From: a virus
Taxonomy: Duplodnaviria; Caudoviricetes
DNA: 46,059 nt
Direction: 5' to 3' (one strand)
Virus record (IMG/VR): IMGVR_UViG_3300005323_000061
Coordinates: 1 to 46,059 of that record
Part shown: positions 26,279 to 35,796 of the stretch, piece after piece
How positions within the stretch are numbered: the first letter of the stretch is position 1
Layout: each line of letters begins with the position of its first letter
The notes under the pieces: generated by a model
What the model was told of the DNA's origin: nothing
What the model saw: only the letters and a program-made list of their open reading frames with translations
Database searches by the model: none
Translations under genes and position numbers: made by a program

Positions 26279-26516
26279 GTACTCAAATGTTTGTTGGTCT
26301 CGTATAGGTATGTATCGTACTGAACAGTGTTACAACTGTAAGTTTCTGGTTGAGTGCGACAAGTACTATAACGAAAAGACCGGCGAGTTTGAGTACCCGC
26401 ATTTCTCATCTAACTGGGGAAGGGTAGACTTAAAGATTAAAGAAGGAGGGGTATATGAACGCGAGGGCGTATGGATCGAAACTTTACCTAACAGGAACGG
26501 AGAAGATGCTGTTTGA
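26256..26516 (+). CDS. Cys-containing hypothetical protein
   Basis: C...CxxC....C pattern; overlaps both neighbours. Confidence 0.5.
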   Translation: MNLRTNPKYSNVCWSRIGMYRTEQCYNCKFLVECDKYYNEKTGEFEYPHFSSNWGRVDLKIKEGGVYEREGVWIETLPNRNGEDAV

Positions 26517-26763
26517 TAAAGTGGAAGAGAAGATTAACTTGAAGAAAGCAGCCGCATTAAGTAAAGGTTCAAATGTGGTTTATACAAAATCTTGGTTACT
26601 TAATCAGGAGATTGTAAGTGAACTGTCCGAGAAGGAACCTACTAATGAAATACTAAAATGGAACCCGGTGTATCGCCAGCAGATTATAAGTAAGAGTTGC
26701 CGCATTCTTGGGTTCGAGAAGCGGGGGAAACATACTAAACCATTATTGGAGTTGAAGATATGA
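26455..26763 (+). CDS. Hypothetical protein
   Basis: GGAGG RBS before ATG. Confidence 0.55.
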   Translation: MNARAYGSKLYLTGTEKMLFDKVEEKINLKKAAALSKGSNVVYTKSWLLNQEIVSELSEKEPTNEILKWNPVYRQQIISKSCRILGFEKRGKHTKPLLELKI

Positions 26764-26926
26764 ATTATTTGAATTGCGGAAATATAAATTGTTTGGATTG
26801 TGAGTATAATGAACGGTGCAGAACAATTAATAAGATTCTGCGCGTACTGTTTGGAGATTGCCCACAGGGTAGGAAGAAAGCCGTAAGGGGTAAAGAGAAA
26901 GGTCAGGTTGCGTTGCCTGTTGGGTA

Positions 26927-27358
26927 ATGGATTGTAAGCGCTGCGGGGCTTGCTGTCGTAGTTTAGGTACTAAAGTTATGGGGATGTCTCCAGAAGTCAT
27001 CTCTTATCTTATTACTCGTGGATGTACTATAGATGACGCATATTTACTTATCCCGCACAGGTGCCAGCATCTTAAAGTAGATGTTAAGAACTCTGTATTT
27101 AAAGTTAACGATGACGGAACCCGCACAATGTTACAAGAGAAATATATGTGCGATATCCATGACACCCCGGAGTACCCGGTGATATGTAAAAGGTTCCACG
27201 GCCACGGGAGATATTATATACCTTTGGGTTGTGTTTATGCGACACCAGACGGAGAGAGAACAGAACTTGAACTAACAGAACGAGCAAAATCCAAATCTTT
27301 AATAAAAACAATATCCTCAACCAAAGTTGGGGGTAATGCTCGTGCAAAAGGAGGTTGA
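26927..27358 (+). CDS. YkgJ-family CxxCxxCC cysteine-cluster protein
   Basis: CKRCGACC ... RCQHL ... CDIH...P.IC..F. Confidence 0.85.
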   Translation: MDCKRCGACCRSLGTKVMGMSPEVISYLITRGCTIDDAYLLIPHRCQHLKVDVKNSVFKVNDDGTRTMLQEKYMCDIHDTPEYPVICKRFHGHGRYYIPLGCVYATPDGERTELELTERAKSKSLIKTISSTKVGGNARAKGG

Positions 27359-27483
27359 ATACGGGGGTTTTGGAATAGAAAACCACGCGTGTATGTTGGT
27401 AGGAGAGACATATTACGAACAGCAATGCAGTCTTTATGCCAATCACATGTTCTTAAATTACTTACTTGTAAGGGGGGGTAACA

Positions 27484-27666
27484 ATGCAAACGGATGTGTT
27501 GGGGGTATTTAGGTGGTGCATAGAAGGGGGGGCCGGCCCAGACTACAATCATTTATATTTTAACAGTATAAGGTTACTTATCACAAATAAGAATAGAGTT
27601 CACTTATGGGATTGGAGGCATTGCCGGTTAGGGACGTGTATTGTGCGTGGTGAGGATTATGGCTAA
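27484..27666 (+). CDS. W...GxDY micro-protein
   Basis: ...VFRWCI...IVRGEDYG. Confidence 0.68.
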   Translation: MQTDVLGVFRWCIEGGAGPDYNHLYFNSIRLLITNKNRVHLWDWRHCRLGTCIVRGEDYG

Positions 27667-27853
27667 ATTCGGTCTCGATTATATAGGGGCAGACCCAAGG
27701 ATACGACTAAGAGTTACAACACGCCACATAGATGATAATGTGTTAGGTGCATCTGACAGAATATGGCCTGCGATAAAATGGTCTGTCGGGGAAAAACACG
27801 GCCTTCGCGTATCGAAAGATAAAGTTATGTGGGGGAAGAACTATGCCAGATAA
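27659..27853 (+). CDS. GxNY micro-protein
   Basis: MAKFGL...VMWGKNYAR. Confidence 0.65.
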   Translation: MAKFGLDYIGADPRIRLRVTTRHIDDNVLGASDRIWPAIKWSVGEKHGLRVSKDKVMWGKNYAR

Positions 27854-28019
27854 ATGCAGACCCTACGGAAAAACAATGCGTTGTCGTTGGGGTGTGGGCC
27901 AAGAGCCAAATCCAATACACACGCTGTTGCTTATAGAGTGTTCAGACATATATTTTCACAGAACGGATGGAGATGATTATGAAATTGATTGTAGCAGGCA
28001 GCCGCAGCATCAAAGATAA
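27843..28019 (+). CDS. W...GxDY micro-protein
   Basis: ...CRWGV...RTDGDDYE... (hand-translated, 58 aa). Confidence 0.55.
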   Translation: MPDKCRPYGKTMRCRWGVGQEPNPIHTLLLIECSDIYFHRTDGDDYEIDCSRQPQHQR

Positions 28020-28428
28020 AGAGATTGTACATAAGTACATAACTGAGTACGAAGACTTAGTAGAACGGGTCGATCATATCATCTGCGGAGGCGCAAAGGG
28101 TGTGGACTTATCCGCAGTACTCTACGCTATGCGTTACAGCCTTCCTTACACTGTTTTCTTGCCAAATTACAAGATGTATGGTAAGATTGCACCACTAATA
28201 CGTAACGAGAAAATGTCGACCTATGGTGACGTTCTATTAGCTATATGGGATGGAAAGAGTCGTGGCACAATCCACATGAAAGAATGCATGGAGAGACTTG
28301 ATAAACCAGTAATACTCATTACTGTTGATGGAGTCACCAGAAAATATAAGAATAAAGAACCGCAAGAAACGCTTGAGAAAGACTTGGCAAACAAAGGAGT
28401 GGAAAAATGCAGTCAAGGCGTTCACTAA
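27979..28428 (+). CDS. SLOG-superfamily (YspA/DUF2493-like) protein
   Basis: KLIVAGSR, IICGGAKGVD, YGK.APLIRN..M and WDGKSRGT.HM motifs. Confidence 0.88.
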   Translation: MKLIVAGSRSIKDKEIVHKYITEYEDLVERVDHIICGGAKGVDLSAVLYAMRYSLPYTVFLPNYKMYGKIAPLIRNEKMSTYGDVLLAIWDGKSRGTIHMKECMERLDKPVILITVDGVTRKYKNKEPQETLEKDLANKGVEKCSQGVH

Positions 28429-28807
28429 GGGTAAGAGGTGTCAGTGGTGCGGATCTACTGACAAGATTACCGCACATCATCCATACTACTCGTCTGGATC
28501 GGACCCGACAATATACCTTGACCTCTACCTTAGCGGTTGTATTATCCTTTGTAATAGGTGTCATTTCGCAGTCCATCATTCCCTCATACTTTGCCCTAGA
28601 TGCAAGACTCATTATATGGGCATTGGGGCTGACGTTTGCTATTCTTGTTATGTTTTGTCTAATCCGGCTCTCGCAGAATCAATGGAGATTGCAAAAGAAA
28701 AGAAGAAACGCGCTCAACGGGAATATGCTAAGAAGAAAAGGTTAGAGGCCAAGGAGTTTAAGAAAGCCCAAGACCTTCGCCGTAAGGAAAGTTCCGATAG
28801 TGCCTAG
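28328..28807 (+). CDS. HNH-like zinc-binding nuclease
   Basis: EWK...CQWCG....TAHH...LCNRCH...H. Confidence 0.7.
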   Translation: MESPENIRIKNRKKRLRKTWQTKEWKNAVKAFTKGKRCQWCGSTDKITAHHPYYSSGSDPTIYLDLYLSGCIILCNRCHFAVHHSLILCPRCKTHYMGIGADVCYSCYVLSNPALAESMEIAKEKKKRAQREYAKKKRLEAKEFKKAQDLRRKESSDSA

Positions 28808-28978
28808 TACTATTAATCCCCCTTTACTTTTATTGATATCTGATTTAACCTCTTCTATTTCCCCGCCAAGTGCTTCTATACACCCATCGTGCTCCAACAA
28901 AGTAGCATTCGTATGTTTGAGTTCAGTGTAAATCTCTACTAACAACTCTCTATCCGTTTTTCCAACATAGTCATCCAT
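28742..28978 (-). CDS. Small coiled-coil protein with C-terminal TM helix (holin/XhlA-like candidate)
   Basis: Last gene of the tail operon; heptad region followed by one hydrophobic helix. Confidence 0.5.
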   Translation of the reverse strand: MDDYVGKTDRELLVEIYTELKHTNATLLEHDGCIEALGGEIEEVKSDINKSKGGLIVLGTIGTFLTAKVLGFLKLLGL

Positions 28979-28988
28979 AAAAAATACC

Positions 28989-31769
28989 TCATGTCAACGT
29001 CCTATTAACTGCATTCGTACTCTGTTGTAAAGATGTGAATACGTTTTTCTCGAAGTCTCCGAGTTCTAAAGATACTGTCATTTTATCGTGGTCTATTGTT
29101 ACCGCAACGATTTGATACTCTACAGGAGTTCCGCCAGTGTACTCTGTGAAAGATACTCTGTCTGCTGGTCTTGGTGGCATTTGTAAAGATGTTTGCGCCA
29201 ATCCACCGTAGTACTCCCCAACGTGTGGAACGTAAACTAAAATAATCGGCCCCCACGTATTTGCCTTTTTATAGAAGTTTCCTAATCCTAGTAAAAGATT
29301 TGAGACATATGAATCAAGCGTTCCGTAAGTAATATTACTATCCACAGTCCGCTTATCTATATAAAGTCCATATGTAGCAACTGCTGATGCAGATTGGGGC
29401 GAGGCTTCAGTATAATTTGTTCGTGCTACCAACGCTCCGACTCCGTGAGGGTAACATTTTATTGAAGCACTGGATATACGCGAAGTTGCCGCACCAACAT
29501 CTATATAGTTCCCATAAGTAGTATCATTACCTACAGCAGGTATTGTTATTTTTTCCTCTCCGATGAGTACTTCGTTTGTCCCGACTTTTGAATGATCGTC
29601 CACATATAATCTGGGCGACATTAAGTACCCCTTATTTGAGTAATCCGCAGTCGGCATCTGTGTTAATTGGACGGCCATACCTAGCGTTCCATTATTAAAA
29701 ACAACGTCAGATGGAGTGCCAGATGTAGTAACAGCAACCGCGCTTCCCTGAGGAGTTACCATTGCCATGACAGTACCAGTTGGGATTGCGAACCCGCGTC
29801 CATATATATAAACCTTTGGTGTTATTACAGGAGAGGTTAGCGGGTTGACAATATCACTATTACGTGTCATTACGATACTCGATCCAGTACCAGCAAACGA
29901 AATTCTTGTTGCCCCTGCGGTGTCGCTGCACACAAAGAAGAAAGGTCCATTTGCTGTGCCTGAGTAGTACTGTGTCCCGGCAGTCAATCCAGTTGGCATT
30001 GTTCCATAAAATACTAAGGGGGTCCCGACCGCAAGGTATGATCGTTCAGAAGATACTTGCATCTGCCCTATAAATATAGCGTAGTGTGTTCCTGTACCGT
30101 CAGAGGTTAAAGTGACGTTTGGTTGGCCGTACCCCTGCCCCAATGTCGAGAGAGTAATATACCCGCTTCCGCCAGAGGTTAAAGAATTAATATAATAATC
30201 GGTACTTTCTGCTAGACCTGCGGGTAAAGACCCGGAACCTGCATTAGTCACCGTTATACATTCATCAACATGAAAATAATTTTCAGGGTTGGTTATGAAT
30301 AATTTTGTGGGGTCTGTTGTATAGTTTGTTGTGAATACCACACTACTTTCTGCCGGGTGTGCTGTGACTGATAATAGGCGAGTTGTATACGCATTGTTGA
30401 ATATATAACCCTCACTAGGATAAGTTATTGAAGTTGAATCCTCAAAGAACTGCGTTGTGCTATCATAATTGTGGACTGCTGATAAAGATACGCTTATAGT
30501 TATGCCTTGCAAGTCCTTTCCAGTAGCAACTATTTTTGTACTAAGTTTTCTTTTATCATCATTATCTGAGAACTCAAATACGTCTTTGTTAACATCGAAG
30601 TTCTTTATTACTGATGGTTGGGAGAGGTCATGGGCGAAGTCTATTAAATAACCTCTGTATATTATGAAATAACCTAAAGACTGTGGAGCGACCGATGCAT
30701 TTACCATTGTACAGGTGATTGTTGTTGCATCATTGTCTGTAATCTTTCCGTACGTCATTACACCATTCGTTTCCGCTTTCATTATGATTGAGTGGGTTCC
30801 AGTACCGTCTGTGGAGAAAGTTACTGCTGAACCACCAATAGAAGTACTTATTGTTATATATGTGGATGTTACAGATTTGACATAATATGTTGTTGCGGAT
30901 AAACCTGTAGGTAATGTACCACTAGTTGATAAGGCAACCCTATCGTTTATAGCAAAGTAAAGATTTGCATCTGTTATAAGGAGCCGATCATTATTAACTG
31001 CGTAGTTTGTAGTGAATGTTTTTGATGCCGGAACATCTCTTCCAACGAAAATAGCATACATCCCTATAAACTCGTCGTCTGTCCATGCTGCTGCGGAATT
31101 GGTTATTATGGTTGAACCATCAAATGCTGTATAATTATATAACAGGAAATCGGCTCTTGATCGTAAGTCATAGTTTGTTAAAGCACTTAAAGCCATCATA
31201 TGTGTATATTGATCTCCGGCTTGTTCCGCAGTGGATGAGTTGAGTTGATACGAGACTTTTGCATCAACGCAGGATATAACTCCCCTTGTGTCTCTTGCAG
31301 GTGAAGTGGGAGTTAATATGAGTCTTGCTATATTCCCCGGTGTATCGTATATTGCAGCACCAGTTGTAAGTACTGTACTGTCAATATTAACTTTTTGAAG
31401 TTTCGCTAGATCAGAATCACATTCAACATCCCATACTTTCGCGCGAGTGGATGTCGTGAATCCGTTCTGTGTGTTCTGAGTTATCCTGCGGATCTTTCCT
31501 GAAAAGGTTATGGTTTTCCCAGTTATGAAAACTACATTCTTCGCTTCAACCATTAATGATTTTTCTGTTGCGCTGCTATCTCCAACATCCAAAAGCGAGA
31601 AAGTCGCAGTTCCAATCCTATCTATAGAATCAACTGTTTTTGGAGTTAAAAGGTATAAGTGACATCCGTCCCAAGGATTCCTGTTCACTATCATTGAATT
31701 TGTATCGTCGTAAATAAGGACACTCACTTGATGGTACGTGCCATCTGTAGGATAATCAGGTACGGTCAT
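28989..31769 (-). CDS. Large tail tip/hub protein with repeated beta-rich modules
   Basis: Hub-like termini (FSGKIRRI; YQIVAVT...VSLELG) and three LP.GL...T.YY-type modules; lies after the tape measure and Dit-like genes. Confidence 0.75.
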   Translation of the reverse strand: MTVPDYPTDGTYHQVSVLIYDDTNSMIVNRNPWDGCHLYLLTPKTVDSIDRIGTATFSLLDVGDSSATEKSLMVEAKNVVFITGKTITFSGKIRRITQNTQNGFTTSTRAKVWDVECDSDLAKLQKVNIDSTVLTTGAAIYDTPGNIARLILTPTSPARDTRGVISCVDAKVSYQLNSSTAEQAGDQYTHMMALSALTNYDLRSRADFLLYNYTAFDGSTIITNSAAAWTDDEFIGMYAIFVGRDVPASKTFTTNYAVNNDRLLITDANLYFAINDRVALSTSGTLPTGLSATTYYVKSVTSTYITISTSIGGSAVTFSTDGTGTHSIIMKAETNGVMTYGKITDNDATTITCTMVNASVAPQSLGYFIIYRGYLIDFAHDLSQPSVIKNFDVNKDVFEFSDNDDKRKLSTKIVATGKDLQGITISVSLSAVHNYDSTTQFFEDSTSITYPSEGYIFNNAYTTRLLSVTAHPAESSVVFTTNYTTDPTKLFITNPENYFHVDECITVTNAGSGSLPAGLAESTDYYINSLTSGGSGYITLSTLGQGYGQPNVTLTSDGTGTHYAIFIGQMQVSSERSYLAVGTPLVFYGTMPTGLTAGTQYYSGTANGPFFFVCSDTAGATRISFAGTGSSIVMTRNSDIVNPLTSPVITPKVYIYGRGFAIPTGTVMAMVTPQGSAVAVTTSGTPSDVVFNNGTLGMAVQLTQMPTADYSNKGYLMSPRLYVDDHSKVGTNEVLIGEEKITIPAVGNDTTYGNYIDVGAATSRISSASIKCYPHGVGALVARTNYTEASPQSASAVATYGLYIDKRTVDSNITYGTLDSYVSNLLLGLGNFYKKANTWGPIILVYVPHVGEYYGGLAQTSLQMPPRPADRVSFTEYTGGTPVEYQIVAVTIDHDKMTVSLELGDFEKNVFTSLQQSTNAVNRTLT

Positions 31770-32848
31770 GCGTCGCTCCGTATGAAATTGGTTTTAGTAA
31801 TTGTTGCTGTACCAGTCCCACTGGCATCATTCACAGTCAAAGTTACAGGATAAAGTGTAGGGGATACAACAGTAGGGAATGCCCGTATTGGTGTCGCCTT
31901 GTCGCTACCATGCTGTATAGAATGTGTGCCCGATCCCGTTGACGCAACATAAGTTACAGCACTTCCACCAGAGGTTAAAGAGAGTGTCATTCCTGTTGCG
32001 CTCACTGTCTTTATCCAGTAACAGCACACAGAGAATAATCCGGTGGGGAGTGTTGATGTAGTTGTTAAAACAACTCGGTCATTAACAGCAAAATAATCGT
32101 CGGCATCCGTAAGGAGAAGGTCTGTAGTTGAACCATCAATGGTGAAATTATGCGTATCCCCAAATGCCCATAGGTATGCTGGAACTGTGACCGTGTAAGA
32201 TGTGGATAATTGCAACTCTAATCTTCTCAATCCCATATATGTATAAGTCGGAGCGGTTCCCCATATATCTGTAATCTTGATTGCATAGTAACGGTAGGCC
32301 GTCGTATTAGTCAAGGTAATATATTTTGGATCTGCTTGGTCCGCCCCAACGTGTTGGTCAAACGTTGCCTGACTTGCTGTGATATTTGTCCAACCCGTGT
32401 CTGTTGCGTAAGTCAGATCGGCGAAAGAACTTCCGTCATTAGACCCTTGCACAACGAATGTTTTTGATCCGGCAAGTGTATCTGATCCCAAAATATGATG
32501 GTTTTCATAGTAGATACGATTAATAATCTGTGACGATCCAAGATCAATATGAAAACGCTGATTTGAATTTGTTGAACCGTTTGATACCCATGAATTTGAA
32601 GACCCGCTCCCTATAAGTGATTTTGAAGGATCTGTCGCAAAATAGGGCCAGTATTGTGTTGAGAGTTTTGTTGTTGCCTTTACATAAGTGTCGCTTTGCT
32701 CAGAAGGATATAGACTAAAAATTACTGGGGTTGTCTGATCGTGTGCTACAAGGGGCTTTGTGAACCCGGAGACTCTAGGGAAGAATCTAACAGAACCCCC
32801 GCTTGTAATACTTCTAGGGATAGCATCAAATTCACACGCCGCTGTCAT
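31766..32848 (-). CDS. Tail adhesin candidate: split PKD domain with inserted discoidin (F5/8-like) and tail module
   Basis: Discoidin motifs (IDLG, F.VQGSND...W, AYRYY.I.I); PKD motifs YLWAFGD and YPVTLTV...K.NFI. Confidence 0.7.
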   Translation of the reverse strand: MTAACEFDAIPRSITSGGSVRFFPRVSGFTKPLVAHDQTTPVIFSLYPSEQSDTYVKATTKLSTQYWPYFATDPSKSLIGSGSSNSWVSNGSTNSNQRFHIDLGSSQIINRIYYENHHILGSDTLAGSKTFVVQGSNDGSSFADLTYATDTGWTNITASQATFDQHVGADQADPKYITLTNTTAYRYYAIKITDIWGTAPTYTYMGLRRLELQLSTSYTVTVPAYLWAFGDTHNFTIDGSTTDLLLTDADDYFAVNDRVVLTTTSTLPTGLFSVCCYWIKTVSATGMTLSLTSGGSAVTYVASTGSGTHSIQHGSDKATPIRAFPTVVSPTLYPVTLTVNDASGTGTATITKTNFIRSDA

Positions 32849-33309
32849 GCGCTCCCCATAACTACATCTTTACATAACATTACTGACATCGTTCCAGACA
32901 TAAGGTCTTTCTTCCCTTCATCCCAAGGTATATTAACCGAACTAATCTGACAGTTATACGATTTCGGAGACGACCCCCCATTTAAAGTTATGGTTTTAAC
33001 GTTGCGGGGGAAAGATGCCATATATATAATTTTTTCATAGTTTGTTGTTGGTGATAGAAAATCGAAGGTTCCCGGCCCATCCTTTAATGTGAACACCAGA
33101 TCTATAGTATGAGTTATAAAACCAATATTCATAACGATTGTGTTTGTACCCACGCCTTCTGATAGGGAGAGTGGTGTGTCTTTCTGTGGTGTTGTAATGG
33201 GAATTAATGCATTTGTAAATCTATGATTAAACTTATTCAATCTTGCTGTAGAACTACTAAAATCTACACTCACTGCACCATAAGTTAAAGTTACACCCGT
33301 CATAACCAA
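32845..33309 (-). CDS. Putative distal tail protein
   Basis: Position immediately after the tape measure gene; beta-rich. Confidence 0.5.
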   Translation of the reverse strand: MVMTGVTLTYGAVSVDFSSSTARLNKFNHRFTNALIPITTPQKDTPLSLSEGVGTNTIVMNIGFITHTIDLVFTLKDGPGTFDFLSPTTNYEKIIYMASFPRNVKTITLNGGSSPKSYNCQISSVNIPWDEGKKDLMSGTMSVMLCKDVVMGSA

Positions 33310-34253
33310 GACCTCGATCCCAACTGTCTAAGTTCTTCCATAATCCTGCCCGGCAAATCTTCTTGTGTTAACCCAGTAATATTTATTTCTGCTGTTATCT
33401 GCGGGGCTGTGAATGGTTTTGGTAAACCCATATCCCCCATCTTTGCCGGAGATGCCAACGGTGATATTTTAAACCCGGTCGGGAGGATAGTATTTATCTT
33501 ATCTATCACCCAGTTTATCATCCCTATTAACCCGGATTTTAATGAATCTATTGCGTTTATTAAGGGTTTTATAAAATTGGCATCGAACTTATTATATATT
33601 GTATCCCATGCAGAGGATATTATATTAACTAACTTATCCCACCAGTCTTTTAAGGTATCTACTAAAGCGTCCCAGATTAACTGTATACCCCCCACAAATT
33701 TCCAGAACCCATCGATCAAAGACTGGATTATTTTGTCAGTAAAGTTCTCTCCGATCCATCTCCCAATATCAAACCCGACAGGACCTACAACGGCTTGTGT
33801 TGCTGCGGCGGGACCGGTAACTACAGCACCGGCTATATCTTTCTTACTTATATATTCATTCCATATCTTACCCAACCCAATAACCGCATTATAAAGTTGG
33901 ACAATGCCGTATACTAATAATGGGAGGAATGGGAGTAATATAAGGTCAAGCAACAAACTTAATGCACTACTTATATGCTCTAACAACGTGTTAAGTACTT
34001 TAGAGCGGCTAACCATTGCTTTTATAGCATCTGCTAAAAGAACGCCGGTTGTTATTTGTTTTACACCATACTTCTTTTTAAACTCGTTTGATTTTTTCAA
34101 TTCGTTGGTTAGTTCTTTTCGTTGTTTCTCAGCAAGCATTTCCTCGTTCTTCTTAGCCGCAAGTTCGGGGTCTCCTGCGGTTGTCTCAGAAATGGGTGAG
34201 GATTTCCTCCCCTTCCCAATATATTGACTCATATCTATTGTTCCTTCGCCCAT
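33300..34253 (-). CDS. Tape measure protein (short)
   Basis: Amphipathic helices with periodic W/F residues; follows the tail chaperone. Confidence 0.75.
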   Translation of the reverse strand: MGEGTIDMSQYIGKGRKSSPISETTAGDPELAAKKNEEMLAEKQRKELTNELKKSNEFKKKYGVKQITTGVLLADAIKAMVSRSKVLNTLLEHISSALSLLLDLILLPFLPLLVYGIVQLYNAVIGLGKIWNEYISKKDIAGAVVTGPAAATQAVVGPVGFDIGRWIGENFTDKIIQSLIDGFWKFVGGIQLIWDALVDTLKDWWDKLVNIISSAWDTIYNKFDANFIKPLINAIDSLKSGLIGMINWVIDKINTILPTGFKISPLASPAKMGDMGLPKPFTAPQITAEINITGLTQEDLPGRIMEELRQLGSRSWL

Positions 34254-34380
34254 TGTTTACCTCTTATATTTCTTGGCGATTGCCTGCGTTAAATACATAT
34301 CTTCCACTTCCCCAACCGTAGATAAATAAACCGAAGGGAGCAGCCCAACGGTTTTACATTTCTCTAGTAATAATAATCCT

Positions 34381-34788
34381 TCACTGCTTTCGGCGAAAAG
34401 ATTTAACCTTTTCGTCGGTCTTCATCACCTCGTTTATCATCTCGAATAATACTGCCTGAACACATCCTGTTTGCTCGTCGATATGTTTCCAAGTTAGTGC
34501 ATCTGTAAATGGCCCGTCCACACACATTGATGCAATTATAGGATACAGTTTCTCTTCTATCGCAGATATTGTATCTTCATTTGCACCCTCAAGTTCTCTT
34601 CCAACCCGTAACGCATCCTTGCGAGTCTTCTTTGGCATATAACTTTTTATCCTGAGAGTTACAGTACCAATAGATATCTCTTTGTATGACGTATTCGTTG
34701 AAACAATAAGTTCTTTGACTTTATCATTATCAACGATATACTTCTCTTCTACAAGATCGAGTGCTTTATTTTCCGCTTCAATATCCAT
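34381..34788 (-). CDS. Tail assembly chaperone (with predicted +1 frameshift extension to 34257)
   Basis: Lies between tail tube and tape measure genes; ends TCT-TTT-CGC; the +1 frame is open to a TAA at 34257. Confidence 0.75.
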   Translation of the reverse strand: MDIEAENKALDLVEEKYIVDNDKVKELIVSTNTSYKEISIGTVTLRIKSYMPKKTRKDALRVGRELEGANEDTISAIEEKLYPIIASMCVDGPFTDALTWKHIDEQTGCVQAVLFEMINEVMKTDEKVKSFRRKQ

Positions 34789-34792
34789 GAGA

Positions 34793-35275
34793 TCACGCCG
34801 GGTTTGTGAATGTTATATTATCTCCACGGCCTTTCATGTCGATAACTACGAAGTCGTTTTCAGGCATTGGCATTGGGAAACTATCGAAGTAGACGTTCGA
34901 TACAACCGCCTGAACTTTCTTCCCCCCAGTCCCAACCCAGTTGGCAGTAACCGTCCACAGTTTCTCAACATTGGTATCTTCAATAACACCACTCGGAGTC
35001 GTGGTTCCCGTAGGATTCAATATCCATAATGGGAAGAAGTATGCAAGTGTCGGGTCAAACTTAGCGAACTTCACTGATACTTCAACTTTTGCAGTGTGTT
35101 TCGCTGCGTCGGCCCTCAATATAGTACCCATACCGTACAACTCAACATGTTCAAATGTAACATTAATCTCTACACCTTTTAGGACTGCCATCGTCTGAGA
35201 TGCCGGGTTTGTCCCACTACCTACAAGCGCAAGCGTGCCGCGATTTCCGAAGAACGTGTCCGTACTTATTGCCAT
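34793..35275 (-). CDS. Major tail tube protein
   Basis: Tube-like beta-strand pattern; own promoter and GAGGT RBS; synteny. Confidence 0.75.
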   Translation of the reverse strand: MAISTDTFFGNRGTLALVGSGTNPASQTMAVLKGVEINVTFEHVELYGMGTILRADAAKHTAKVEVSVKFAKFDPTLAYFFPLWILNPTGTTTPSGVIEDTNVEKLWTVTANWVGTGGKKVQAVVSNVYFDSFPMPMPENDFVVIDMKGRGDNITFTNPA

Positions 35276-35319
35276 AAATTACCTCAAGTTTGTTTAACTA
35301 TATATATGTTCTCCACGTA

Positions 35320-35334
35320 AGTATAAACAGTTTT
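35320..35334 (-). promoter_or_regulatory. BRE/TATA-like promoter for tail tube gene
   Basis: AAAACTGTTTATACT on the minus strand. Confidence 0.55.
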
Positions 35335-35796
35335 CTATACAGGGGGTTCAATCATTATCATATTTAGTGTCACAATCCACTTATACAACGGTTTATCTAC
35401 TAACACAAAGTAACCCGGATCAACGGTTCCACCAGTTACATGAGCAATGGACACCTGAGAGTTACTGCCTCTGAATAAGTCTAAACAAGTGTATGCATAC
35501 CCCCTCATAGTTCGTATATCTGCATCTAAACCTGAAAATACATAGTACCCAGAGATTGAGAACGAGAACCTATGATATATCTCTCCCGTAGTACCTATAG
35601 TCTCAGTAAATGTGTCTACCTTATTTGATAAGGGCATGACTACAATTACTGGAAGATACGATGCGGATTCCGCTAATACGCTAGGTTCCTGATCTCTCTC
35701 TTTGATTGCTATAAAGTTACCTAACGCAACCACGTTCGTATTTAAACGAGTTATGATTGCGTCTGTAACCGCATTAATCGTTGCTGTCGATGTCAT
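35335..35796 (-). CDS. Tail terminator/completion protein
   Basis: Size, YLPVIVV.P motif and synteny before the tail tube gene. Confidence 0.6.
   Translation of the reverse strand: MTSTATINAVTDAIITRLNTNVVALGNFIAIKERDQEPSVLAESASYLPVIVVMPLSNKVDTFTETIGTTGEIYHRFSFSISGYYVFSGLDADIRTMRGYAYTCLDLFRGSNSQVSIAHVTGGTVDPGYFVLVDKPLYKWIVTLNMIMIEPPV

Noticed and set aside
11079-28019. Micro-ORF arrays as a CRISPR array or diversity-generating retroelement
   Set aside because: The joint motif is only about 13 bp and degenerate, and the spacing is 150-270 nt of open frame. There is no reverse transcriptase, no template/variable repeat pair and no cas gene.
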